A stretch of 64,000 bases of DNA. Origin: Eledone cirrhosa (taxonomy: Eukaryota). A program made the position numbers and the translations under genes. The notes below the pieces were generated by a model that saw nothing but the letters and a program-made list of their open reading frames with translations, made no database searches and was not told the origin of the DNA. The DNA is taken from the NCBI GenBank assembly GCA_964016885.1, contig OZ024742.1, positions 274,784,001 through 274,848,000 on the forward strand. Reading direction: 5' to 3'. Of this stretch, positions 51,608-64,000 are shown one piece after another (position 1 is the stretch's first letter; the number at the start of each line of letters is the position of its first letter).

Positions 51608-52984
51608 AGGTGGTTCGTGGAGACGTTCCCTGGCAATGAACATAAAAAAGCGAAGATAATACGTCATTATGTGGATCGTTGAGAACAATTACACGCAAAT
51701 ACAAAACCACGTTTATGGTATAAATGAAGTCGTAGACTAATATTAAATTTAGGAAACCGAATGATGGTCGGCTTCAGATTTAAGAATAATGTAAATAAAT
51801 TAGTAGAACGAAAATGACAGAGGTTATTGAAATCAACAATAATTAACTATATACATACACGCATCCATATACGTACATACCCATGCATACGCGAAAACAC
51901 CCGCCATGGCATGCATATACAAGCACATACACATAAGCACGCGCACACATACAAAAACTCGCACGACACATTCTCCAGCACACACACGAGCGTATACACC
52001 AAATACACATACAAATATATATATGTGTATGTATATACATATAATTATATAAACGTATATAAATATACACACATAAATACGTATATAACGCACGCACACA
52101 TTAGTATAGGTACGATTTCTCGCACGTATATTTTCTTGTATTTGTTATAGGTGTATATATTATATTATATATACTGGTAGACGCCATGCTTTGCAGCATA
52201 GAGTTACGGCCCTTTATGGTCTGAGTTCAAATCCCGCCGAGGTTAACTTTGCCTTTCATCCTTACGAGGTCGATAAAATAAAGTACCAGTAATACACTGG
52301 GATAATTGCTGGCCTTTTTGCCTAAAGTAGAAACAATTATATATACTGGTACATGTGTATATGGTTATGTGTATATGTGTATTTTGTGTTTGTGTGTATG
52401 CGGCTTTGCACGTATGCAAGGTGTGTATATGTGTACTTTGTGTCTTGTTTAGCGTACGTTTAGTGAACATAAGTGTATTTACCTGTAGGACTGTGTGTGC
52501 GTGCGTTATATACGTATTTATGTGTGTATATTTATATACGCTTATATAATTATATGTATACACGCATACACATATATTTTTTTATGTGTATTTGGTGTAT
52601 ACGTTCGTATGTGTGCGTGTACAGGTGTCGCGTGGGTTTTTGTATGTATGCGCGTGTTTATGTGTACGTGCTTGTATATGTATACCACAGCAAGTGTTTT
52701 CGCTTATGCATGGTTATGTACGTATATGGATGCGTGTATGTATATATTTAATTATTGTTGAATACAATAACCTCTGTCATGTTCGTTCTACTAATTTATT
52801 TACATTATTCTTAACTTTGAAGCCGAGAATCATTCGGTTTCCTGAATAGAATATTAGTCAACGACTTCATTTATACCATAAACATGGTTTTGTCTTTGCC
52901 TGTAATTGTTCTCATCGATCCATATCATGACGTATTATCTTCGCTTTTTTCCGTTCATTGCCAGCGAACGTCTCCACCAACCAA
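51608..52984. repeat. Inverted repeat, arms about 490 bp (51608-52100 / 52493-52984); partial third copy at 51324-51605
   Basis: Mirror ORFs 51833-52099(-) and 52495-52761(+); moderately diverged. Confidence 0.85.
52174..52340 (+). mobile_element. tRNA-derived SINE in the inverted-repeat spacer
   Basis: Family sequence; TTATATATACTGGTA repeated on both sides. Confidence 0.88.
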
Positions 52985-53280
52985 AGTATCGTCTTCCTGT
53001 TTTCCTTCGGTTGCAACGTTTTTCGCAATATTTACTTCTGCGTTCACAGATTGATCTTTCTAGTTTCAGATGATCCCGTTAAAGGTGAAAGCACCGATTC
53101 TTTGCTTAAACTTTAATCTGTTATTTTAATAAATATTTGCTCCAGGGTTCTTATATATTTGATATATATTTATCCTTATCGAGCTCTCTTTGGATTTTAG
53201 TCTTCAAATTTATTATTATTACTATATATTTATATATATATATATATATTTAATGTATAATAACCAATACAATATAATTA

Positions 53281-53348
53281 CCTCATTACCAGAGGTTTCC
53301 CGAATAAAACGGATACAAGAAACGTCCACATTCGTTCGTCAGACAAGG
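53281..53348 (-). ncRNA. Type I hammerhead in the 3' pseudo-LTR (canonical core, long stem II)
   Basis: ccuugu-CUGACGA-a-cgaau...auucg-g-GAAA-cc(ucu)gg-UA-augagg. Confidence 0.8.
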
Positions 53349-56300
53349 CAATTTAAAACTTAGTGAAATATTTGAAAAATCTCCTCAAGAAAGGTTAAAA
53401 GTTTAACGGGCAAAAAATAAATAAAAGTAATAATACAAGAAATGTATAAAAAATAAAAATAAAGAAATGTAGTAAGGGGATGTCTGTAAATGTAAGTATA
53501 TGCATATACATATGTACATATGTATATGTGTGTGTATGTACAACTGCATGTGTATAGTGAAAAAATATGTGTAAGTACATACATGAGGGCAAACATATTA
53601 GTGTATGTGTGACCACAAATACATATATATATATATATATGTTGAAAATAGAAATTGTAAGATAATGGAGTTAGCGTACATACAGACTCAGGGATTAAGG
53701 GCTTAAATATATACCCATACAAGGATGAAAGGACGCACGCGTATAGACATACACACACGCGCAACCATACATGTATGTGATATATACAGGGAAGGGAGTG
53801 TATAAATTCAACGCAGTGTCATATATAATATGATGAATAAATGAAATAATATATAAGATAAGAATAAAAAACTAAGGCAAAGAGAAAGTAAGTGGGAGGG
53901 GTTGTAATATATAAAGTAACACTAAAAAAATAAATAAAAAGTAGAAAACATGCATATACGCGAACAAGCTCATACACACATACATATAAATATATATACA
54001 AACAGACAAAAACACGTGCACAAAAGCATATATACACAGACACGCATACATACATACATATACATGCATACATACACATACACATACACATACATACATG
54101 CACATCTATTCACACGCACACACGTGACCACATATATATATAAGTATATATATATAAAAGCACACACATACATGCACGCACATACAGGAACATACATGCA
54201 TAAAAGCACACTCATACATGCACACATACAGGCACACACACGAATACGTTCGTCACACATACACACATACGTATACATACATATATAAAAAAACAACCGT
54301 ATGAACAAATGGGTACAGCATATACGCAAGTATACATACATAAAAACGGCTGAGGGACAACGTGATGTGTGTTACTGAAAGAAAAGGGGGAAGTAAAATA
54401 AATGTAAATAATGTATAATTGTTAAGATATAACGTTAATGAATCAAATATCAGGGTGGGGTCCACTAGTGTATGTAAAGTAAAAATAAAAGATAAGTAAA
54501 ACTGAATGGGAAGTCTATAAAGAAGGTAAGTTAAGGAAAGTGAAGAACAAGAGTTTATGCAGGATAAGTGTCTGAAAGTGAGTTAAGTTTATATGAGCCG
54601 GAAAGGAAGTGTGATTTCATGTGTGGGCAACTGGTGAAAATTTCTGTTTTTGCATAAAAAATTTTCACTTATGCAGAGTGCGCATCTTCTTGTTCCTCTT
54701 GCGTATTCTTTAGCTTGGTTCAAAATTGACCGATGTAATTTACATTGGATACCTTGAATCTTCAAATCCCATATTCTGCTAGCCAGAGCTGTTGTAAATC
54801 TTTTGTCGGAAAGATGCGACGTTTGATTAATAACGCGTTTTGAATTTGTCTTGTGTCATACCCACATATCGTTCGCTGGTGGCTGGTGGGTTGTTGCTAG
54901 TGGTTGTCACTTTGGCCTCATATACAATGGCTTTGGTGTTGCATTTACTTTGTAATGGGCATTCCCTTTTGTCTCTACAGGAGCAATTTTGATATTTTCT
55001 GGGTGTTTTGTTATTAATGATATAAGATTAAATAGATGGACCGCAGGAGTTACTTATTTTGACATAGTTTCTATTGAAGATCTTATAGTATCTATGTTTT
55101 CTAGGGAAATGTTTATCTAATAGCTCTAGGAATTTTTTGCGTACATTAGTTTTAATTGCTAAAGAGTAGGAGGGGGGGTGAACCAGATTATTTTTCATTT
55201 CCTATTATTATGTTTAAAGGAGTTAGTATTGTTGCGTATGTACTTAATCGGTTCGCTAAATCCACTATTTTGAAGGGCTTTATTATAGTAGGGGTTGCCT
55301 TATTGAAAATTTCTTCTGAGGAAGAGAGGGTAGACATCCTACTTCTAATATTAGGGATGAGATTTTTAAATACTATAGGAGGATGGCAAGAGCCTTTATT
55401 TATCTATTTTAAATTTTCATTTGGTTTAGGGTACGGTTTATAAGAAGCAGTAGGCAGATCTAGGTTTATATCTAGAAAATTAACATTAGAATGGTTTGTG
55501 TCAATGGTAATTTTAAGATTAAAACTAGCGAAGGTTTTTATTAAGTCTTTCCTGAATCTGTCTAAGTTATGGCCTATATTGGTATGGGAAAGTGTTAGAC
55601 CATCATCACGATAAAGCCCAATGGTATAGTTAGGGAATTTCTCTTTAAGTGTGTCGAGGAGGAATAGGCCGACTAAATCACACACGTCAGCATTGTCAAA
55701 AGAACCCATTGAGACATCGAAGGGTTTCTTTGGGATAGATTTTTTTACCCAAGTATAATTATTAGTAAACAGTAAAGTATTTCTAGCATGCAAAATGACA
55801 TTCTCTTCAATATCAGAAATATTAATAAACTTTTTAGCAAAATTTAATGCTTTCGTTAAAAGAGGGTGAGTAATAGACGGGTAGAAGTCTACAATGTCAA
55901 ATTAGGTGAATCTAGAACTATTTTTATCTTTAATATTTTTAAACCAATGTACTTCAGAAGTGCTATTTATCCATTGGAGTTATTCTGACTTCTAATATGT
56001 TTGTTTATGTTATTTAATATATTTTTGCAAGGCGGATTTCAGTCTTAGCAGGGTTGATTAATCTACAACTGGCACGATTATTAAAATCAGATTTGTGATC
56101 TTTAAGAGTGATATAGGGATTACGTTTTGCAAGTTTTTCTGTTCTATTGTCTATTTTTAAAAAACTAGCTAATTCTTTAGCGTCCTTATTAATAGTATTA
56201 TAGGTGTTTATATTAGCTATTTGGTATTTAGAGGTGATTTTATCTATTAAGAGTTGGTCTTGTAAATTATTATTAACTTCGTATAAGGTTTTAGTTTTAT

Positions 56301-56857
56301 CGGAGAAAATGAACTAATTTTTAGAAGATTTGAATTTTGAAATATCGTTAGAGAGTTTAGATTGAAAACAGTTAAAGTACTTACAGAATTTGATTTGGTT
56401 AATTATATTAACTAAGTCTAGTTCAAAAGCGGTCATGTCTTTTACCCTTTGTGGTATTTATGAGACTTGATATCAAAGTATTCTGTAGAGTCCGTGATAA
56501 CGTGTCCATCGAAAATCAAAGTTTTCTATCTCATTCTTTTTACAACTTTTTCTACTTTGTCGATCAACATTTTAGTGTATGAAGTGTTAGAAGGTGTTGG
56601 TATATTCTTGATGGAGTAATCCAAATAATATCGATCCATGTTAGGTATTGGCTAAAATTCCTTTTAACTGAAGAGTGCTCGACTTTAAAGCGCTGGAAGG
56701 TGCCAATCTCATATATATGTAGAATATGCTACAATCATTCCCTTGGGAGCTGTATAAGTGTTGAAGATTCCGTTGAAAAAGTCAGAGAAATGAAGAGTGC
56801 TCTATGTAAGTTACACAGCTAAATATTTAATGTATAATAAACAATACAATATAATTA

Positions 56858-56925
56858 GCTCATTACCAGAGGTTTCCCGAATAAGACGGATACAAGAAAC
56901 GTCCACATTCGTTCGTCGCACAAGG
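56858..56925 (-). ncRNA. Hammerhead copy in the 5' pseudo-LTR, core mutated (GCGACGA)
   Basis: Paralogue of 53281-53348. Confidence 0.6.
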
Positions 56926-57612
56926 CAATTTAAAAACATAGTGAAATATTTGAAAAATCTCCTCAATAAAGGTTAAAAGTTTAACGGGCAAAAAATAAAT
57001 AAAAGTAATAATACAAGAAATGTATAAAAAATAAAAATAAAGAAATATAGTAAGGGGATGTGTGTATATGCACACACATATGTACATATGTATATGTGTG
57101 TGTATGTACAACTGCATGTGTATAGTGAAAAAATGTGTGCGTAAGTACATACATGAGGGCAAACATATTAGTGTATGTGTGACCGCAAATACATATATAT
57201 ATATGTTGAAAATAGAAATTGTAAGATAATGGAGTTAGCGTACATACTCAGGGACTAATGGTTGAAATATATACACATACAAGGAGGAAAGGACGCGGGC
57301 GTATAAACATACACACACGCCCAACCACATACATGTATGTGATATATACAGGGAAGGGAGTGTATAAAGTCAAAGCAGTGTCAGACGGAAGGTCGATACA
57401 AATATAAAATATGATGAATAAATGAAATACTATATAAGATAAGAATAAAAAATTAATGCAAAGAGAAAGTAAGGACGTTTCTTGTATCCGTCATATTCGG
57501 GAAACCTCTGGTAATTATACTGTATTGTTTATTATACATTAAATATTTAGCTCAGTAACTTACATAGAGCACTCTTCATTCTTCTGACTTTTTCAACGGA
57601 AACCTCAACACT

Positions 57613-57781
<169 letters not shown>

Positions 57782-57817
57782 ATACATAAATACATACAAA
57801 GAGAGAGAGTGAGTGAG

Positions 57818-57869
<52 letters not shown>

Positions 57870-58592
57870 GTGTATATATACATATGTACATATATATATT
57901 AACATATAAATATATATATATATGTGTGTGGGGGCGTATAAGAGAAAGAAACAAAATAAATGGAAGGGGAAAAAACCGACCATCAATTCACTGCCAAATA
58001 ATTTTGTTTGAATCGGATTAGAAAGAGAGGAAAAAAAAAAAAAAAAAAAACAACACGTGTTGCTTCCCACACGGATATACATATATATATATGTGTGTGT
58101 GTATGACCTACCAACACACATACGTACGTGGGCATACATGTATGTGTATGTATGTATGTGGTATGCTAAGAATATACTATTAATTGGAGCAAACATACCC
58201 ATTTACAGACCTTTTCATCCCATTTCAATGTGAGCCGTACAGAGCTGTTATAGTTCGCCATACGTAACCCAACACGCGAAGTCCACAAAGATGTTGAATC
58301 TGACATCGACGAAGGAAATTTGCTTGCATCAGATACCAATCCTCTTGTGATAATGTATGTTTATCTTAAACATTTACCACGCTGCTTCATCAGTTCTAAC
58401 ACATACTTAAATTCATTATACACTATCCATATCTACAGTGATGATTTTACGCTTGGGTTATCTGATAACCCAATAGTCAAACATTCGCCCCAAACATTCG
58501 CGGCATTAATTTACAGTTTAATCCATGATGATGGGAAGCAAAATGTGCTGATTTGATGCAATACATCCTAGAATGGAAATATAACATCAAAT

Positions 58593-59175
58593 AATTCTTT
58601 CTACATTTGGCACAAGGCCAGTAATTATCCCAGTGCATTACTTTCATCCTTACGACCCCGTAAGGATGAAAGTTAACCTCGGCAGGATTTGAACTCAGAA
58701 TGGCAAGGGCCGTAACTCTATGCGTCAAAGCATGGCGTCCGACCCTCTACCGATACTGCCAATCCATGCCTATAACATCAAATCCATATAACATCAAATA
58801 ATTGTTTCTACTTTTTGGCACAAGGCCAGTAATTACCCATTGCATTACTGGTACTTTATTTTATCGACCCCGTAAGGATGAAAGGCAAAGTTAACCTCGG
58901 CGGGATTTGAACTGGCAAGGGCCATAACTTTATGGGTCACAGCATGGTGTCTGACCCTCTACCGGTACTGCCAATCCACCGCCCTTAAATAATTATTTCT
59001 ACATTTGGCACAAGGCCAGCAAATACCCAGTGCATAACTGGTACTTTATTTTATCGACCCCGTAAGGATGAAAGGCAAAGTTAACCTCGACGGGATTTGA
59101 ACTCAGACCGTAAAGAGACATAACTATGCTGGAAAGCATGGCGTCCGACCCTCTACCGATACTGCCAATCCACCG
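58593..59175 (-). mobile_element. Three tandem SINE copies (58593-58768, 58801-58985, 58992-59175)
   Basis: Family sequence three times; ATAACATCAAAT repeated at the junctions. Confidence 0.9.
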
Positions 59176-59734
59176 CATCAAATAATAAATGCTATTCGTC
59201 GATAGGAACCTCACAAATTTAACGCACCGAAACATACGAGAAGGGCGAGAGAAATAAATAAAAACAAATGGAAACATAAAACAAAACAAAACAAAACCGA
59301 CCACCAATTCACTGCCAAATAATTTGAATCGGATTAGACAGAGAAAAAAAAATAGAGAATATAAGTATGCCGAAAGCCACTGACTCGCAACTTCGGTCAA
59401 GAAGGTCATTGGGGCGTCACTCACAGAGGCTGATACAGCAGCCAACTTGACACTCGTTATAGGCAGCACCAACATTTGTCTCTACCATTAAGAAGAGGAA
59501 GGCAGCGACAACAACAGGGCAATAACAACGACCCCACATCTTCTGTAAAAGAAGGCACTCGACCCTCAGCAGTTTCAACTAGCACCACCATTAACAAGAG
59601 GAAGGCAACGACAACAACAGTGACATTAACAACAACAACACATATGTGTATACATCACCATCTTACCAGCAATCACTACCACTACCATTAACAAGGCGAA
59701 GCCAACTCCAGCATCAGGGACAACAACAACGCAT

Positions 59735-62513
59735 ATGTTTTCAGGATTGAATGACTCACCTTCAGTCATCAGGTTCTATGAGAAACAGCTAACATACTGG
59801 CATGTGTGCGTGCTGAACTCTGGGTCTTTCCGCTGGGATACGCCCTGTGTTCTTACCCCTACCCTTTTTTTTAGTACATTCATCCATCCATTCATTCATT
59901 TGTTAACATTCTATCTCCTTGTGTGTCCCCCTCCACGCACCCGCTTCTTTTCTCTCTTGTCTTCTGACGCCTCCATCTCTGATGTAGGTGAGCAATGTGG
60001 CCCTCTTTTCAGCACTTTCCCTTCCACCACACACGCCAGCAACTCACCCCTGATGCCACTCGGTGCCCCAGTCCCTGGCCCCACGCCCCATCCTCCATCC
60101 CCTCAAACCGACACCTGCAGCACTTGCAGCACCACGAACAGGCGGAAGAGGGGCCGCAACTGTTCGGGGTGCGGCTGCTTCCACCACCTCACCTCCGTTG
60201 GCTTGACGCATCGAGCTTCCATTCCTCTCCGATTGTGGAGATGCAGAAACTATATCTTCCCCTCTTCTGCCCAGCCACGGCCGTCTAGCACATCACCAGA
60301 TGAGACAGCGAGCTTGCCTGACGCCCAAGCCTCGCTGGTTAACATCGCTCGGCTGATGTGGCTCCAGAAGATCACACTCAGGATCCCGAGAGCTTCCCGG
60401 GTGCCGGTTGCCGATGCTCTCGCTTCCACAATTGAGAGCGCCCTGGACTCCAAATGAGCCAGCGACTGGGAGCGACTCTTTTATTTCGCCCCACTCGCCC
60501 TCCCCAGCTCTGGCACTGAACGAGGCGGCCGGTCGACAGCAGCCTTCGTCAAGGCCAGTGTTTCGTCCTTTGGGCAAGTGCCCATTCCAACCGTACCTAG
60601 GGACGCCCCACACCCCACCCTCGGGTACTCCCAATCCTCCATCCCTGAGGCCAGCGCCAAGCGTTTGTGTGACCGCGTAAATGCGAAATTAATCATGGGT
60701 GATGTCTCGGCCGCAGCCAGAGTGTTTGCCTCAGAGCACACTGAGCCATCTGCTGATCTCAGACGCATACCCAACCCGATCCCCACTTGCTGCTTTGTGG
60801 CTACTTGTCGTATGGAGAACCGAGCCTCCTTGCTGCTTATATGGTCATACCTTCGGCCACTGGGGTCCAACAGGGCGACCCTTTGGCACCCTTCCTGTTT
60901 GCTCTTGGTAGAGACCACATCGCCCGGAGTTTCACGGCCGCTCTCAATGTTTGGTATCTGGATGATGCTATCTTGGGCGGTCCCGTACAGACTGTCTGCC
61001 ATGACCTACAATCTGTGGTTCCTGCTCTGGCGAAAATCGGACTCCAGGTCAACTCTGCCAAGTCGCTGGTGGTGAATGTCAGCCACGATGCTGAGAGCTT
61101 TGCAGCCTCAGTCTCGGACGTGCGGTTCATTCTGCACCAGGTACAGGTGACCTCCAAAGAGGATGTCCTCATCCTCGGGTCACCAATCCACCCGCCGACC
61201 ATCCGCTCCACCATCAGCTCCAGGCTTCAACAACTCCAGACTCTCACGAGCCGACTGGGCCTGATCGACGGCCACCCAGCACTTTTTCTGTTGAGAAACT
61301 GCTTCGCCATACCGAAGCTCCTCTATACGCTTCGCAGCGCTCCGTTCTACACCCACCCATCTCTCCTCGCTGACCTCGATACTTGTATCCGAGAAGATAC
61401 GCAATGTCAAGTTTGACGACATTGGATGCAACAGGCCACTTTACCTGTCAGGTATGGCGGCCTTGGCTTCCGGTCCCCGATCTCATTGGCTTTGCCTGCG
61501 TTTCTTTCGTCGGTAACCTCATGCCATGTCCTCGTGAACAGGGTTCTCCAGAACACAATATAACCCTCTGTGTTCAGAGAACGTGAGGCCGCCTGTGAGA
61601 CGTGGGACCGACTGGGACTTATCCCAGTAGGTGTCTCTCCTCCTTCTACCCTGCTGATGTCAAGTCCCCCCAAAGAACTTGGGATGCCATCCAGTGCAGC
61701 CTGACTTTAAACAGGCTCATGCGCCAGCTCGACAAGCACCGACTTTCCTGTTTTCGTGCGGCCTACAAGCCACAAATTGGGGCATGGCTCTATGCACTGC
61801 CCTCCTTCTCCACTGGCACGCAGCTAGACAGCAATAGTCTGACCATTGGCGTCTCCTTGAGGCTCGGCCTCCAGATCTGCGGGCCACACCAATGTCGCTG
61901 CGGATCCACCGTAAACTCTTTCGGCCTCCACCCGCTTTTCTTTCGCCACAGTGCCGACCGCCTTCCACGTCATGCTGCCCTCAAAGAGGTCATAAAGCAT
62001 GGCTTGGACGTTGCAGGCTTCCCTTCCCAGCTCGAGCCGGTGGGGCTGGACAGAGGGGAAGGTAAAAGGCCTGATGGCATGACCATCTTCCCGTTCCGCG
62101 GTGGCAAACCCCTCGTCTGGGATGCCACTTGCACCGATACTTTCTGCAGCCGCAGCCTGGTGCAGTCTGCGACTAACCGAGGTTCTGCTGCTTGTCGGGT
62201 TGAGGAGGCCAAACTCCTCAAATATCGGTCGGTCTCCGACAGGTTTGTGGTTGTATCTATGACAGTGGAGACTTCTGGTGTCCTCGGCCCTAGGGCTACC
62301 TCCCTACTCACCACCATAGGCGCTGAGCTGGCCAGCCGCAGGTGTGAGCCCCGCGAGTTGGAGTGGCTTTTCTTGCGCGTCTCTCCTTGCCGTCCTCCGG
62401 GAATACGCCTTCTCCATTCCGTCCGCCGGGGCTGTGGGGAGACAAGCCGATCATATTACGAATTCCGTCGAATAGTCTTAAATACGATTGTTAGAAGTGA
62501 TGAATTAAAATAA
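59735..62513 (+). mobile_element. CRE-clade non-LTR retrotransposon (RT + zinc knuckle + restriction-like endonuclease), pseudogene
   Basis: GVQQGDPLAPFLFAL, WYLDD, LP.R.GGLG; CRCG......LH; KRPDG...VWDATC; VETSG.LG. Confidence 0.85.
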
Positions 62514-63159
62514 AAATGTCTTTTTTTCACCTATCAGATGAAAAAGTTGTTAAATTCTTAATGCTTACAAAATATACTAGATAATTTGCTAAGATATTTT
62601 TTATTAATATGACTATTAAATTAAAAACAGCATATTTGTTGATAAAAAAAAACATACCATGTTCCTTTAGAAATATGAAATCCCAGTAGATACACACACA
62701 TATACATATATGTGTCTACTGTGGCGATTCACTGCTAATTGATTTAACAGATGGTGCCAAAATTTCTTTGGCCACTATAAAATCCTTTAGTTTCCTCTAA
62801 AATATATGAGCGTATGTATATATGAAATTCATATTATGAATGTCTATAAGTATTTGATTGTGAATATGAACCTGTATTTTTTTGTCATTATATTAAATGT
62901 ATATTTCTAAAAATAGTTTTTCAAAGAATCCCAGTAATTTAGAATTCCTCAGCCAATGACTTGTGTCCATCCTTAAAAGCGCAACCTTCACCAATCACCA
63001 GGTAATATTCAAATACCACCGTATAAACACGCAAGTCGATCTACCTGATAATTTCTTTCGAAACAGTTCTAGTATTTTAGAAGCAATTTCAAATTTTACA
63101 TTTTGTGTATGCACTCTATTATTGCTTTGAGTACTTTACTGTGGTTAGCCCCGATATAT

Positions 63160-64000
63160 CCTTAAAAACCTAGCATATAATATCTCACTCAGAATCTCTA
63201 ACCTTTCATCTAACAAGGATGTATTCGATAAAAATGCGCCCTTTTATAACGAAGCTTTAGCTAGAAGCGGCCACAAAAACAAATTAGTCTATATACCTTG
63301 CAGCAATAATTGTTTCTACTTTAGGCACAAGGCCAGCAATTATCCAGTGCATTACTGGTACTTTATTTTATCGACCCCGTAAGGATGAAAGGCAAAGTTA
63401 ACCTCCAATAATACTTCAAACATACAACCCAATATTACCAACAAACACCAAATGGAAAACCCACACCTAAATGCCACTCACACTACACCCCAAAATACCA
63501 ACCTAAAACTTAATTTTTCTACCTCTTCTCACATAAAATATAATAACTTTCAAAAAACCATTCATCCTAATACTCCAGTATATGTTAACAACATTACTAA
63601 CATAATTCCTAATAATCAGACTAAAACACCTAAATCAGTTAATCTAACTAAACCTATATATAATAAATTCACTAATAGTAACTCTCTTAGTAAACATTCT
63701 GATACATCGTATAAATATAAAAAACAATATCGAAACCGTAAAAGACGGGTTACTTGGTATAATGCTCCATTTAATCTACAAATTAAAGATAATATCCCTA
63801 AAAAATGTTTACTATCCTAGAGAAAAACTTCCCGCCAAACCATAAATACCATCAAATTTTAAATAGATCAACTGTCAAATTTTCCTTCTCCACTGCCAAA
63901 AGTATTCAACAAAATATAAGTGCGTACAACGCATATAAATGTAAGAAAAAACACGAATATACCACCAACACATCAAACCAACCATAATACTAAAATAAAC
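63160..64000 (+). mobile_element. PLE fragment (RT C-terminus and linker), runs off the window
   Basis: RISNLSSNKDVFDKNAPFYNEALARSGH; RKRRVTWYNAPF; FPPNHKYHQILNRSTVKFSFS. Confidence 0.85.
63311..63405 (-). mobile_element. 5'-truncated SINE inside the PLE
   Basis: TSD CAATAAT at 63304-63310 and 63406-63412. Confidence 0.9.

Noticed and set aside
59370-59470. Structured-looking GC-rich stretch upstream of the CRE element (HDV-like or twister ribozyme?)
   Set aside because: GTCAAG/CTTGAC and GCTG/CAGC pair, but P1/P3 or the twister core could not be fitted.

Overview
AT-rich eukaryotic non-coding DNA full of (TA)n/(CA)n/(GA)n microsatellites. The SINE family and repeat landscape suggest a cephalopod such as Octopus (inference). 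I can support no host protein-coding gene. The window is a stack of transposon relics: two tandem L1/Tx1-type LINE copies (5.4-14.2 kb), RTE and other LINE fragments, a CRE-type RLE retrotransposon (59.7-62.5 kb), a Chapaev3-type and hAT-type DNA transposons, about 15 copies of a tRNA-derived SINE, and at least 8 Penelope-like element (PLE) pieces with direct or inverted pseudo-LTRs. The most interesting signal, read by eye, is a set of about a dozen type I hammerhead ribozyme (HHR) motifs. Several carry the compensatory U3-A8 or a U4C core. Four lie in small non-coding units of roughly 300-460 nt (at about 16.3, 33.1, 39.8 and 42.0 kb). These units have terminal redundancy, circular permutation, a long extended stem I and, in three of four, a shared ATG(C/T)AAAT motif upstream of the ribozyme. 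They look like a family of non-LTR retrozymes (circular-RNA, PLE-mobilised elements). All pairings and alignments were made manually; none was computed.
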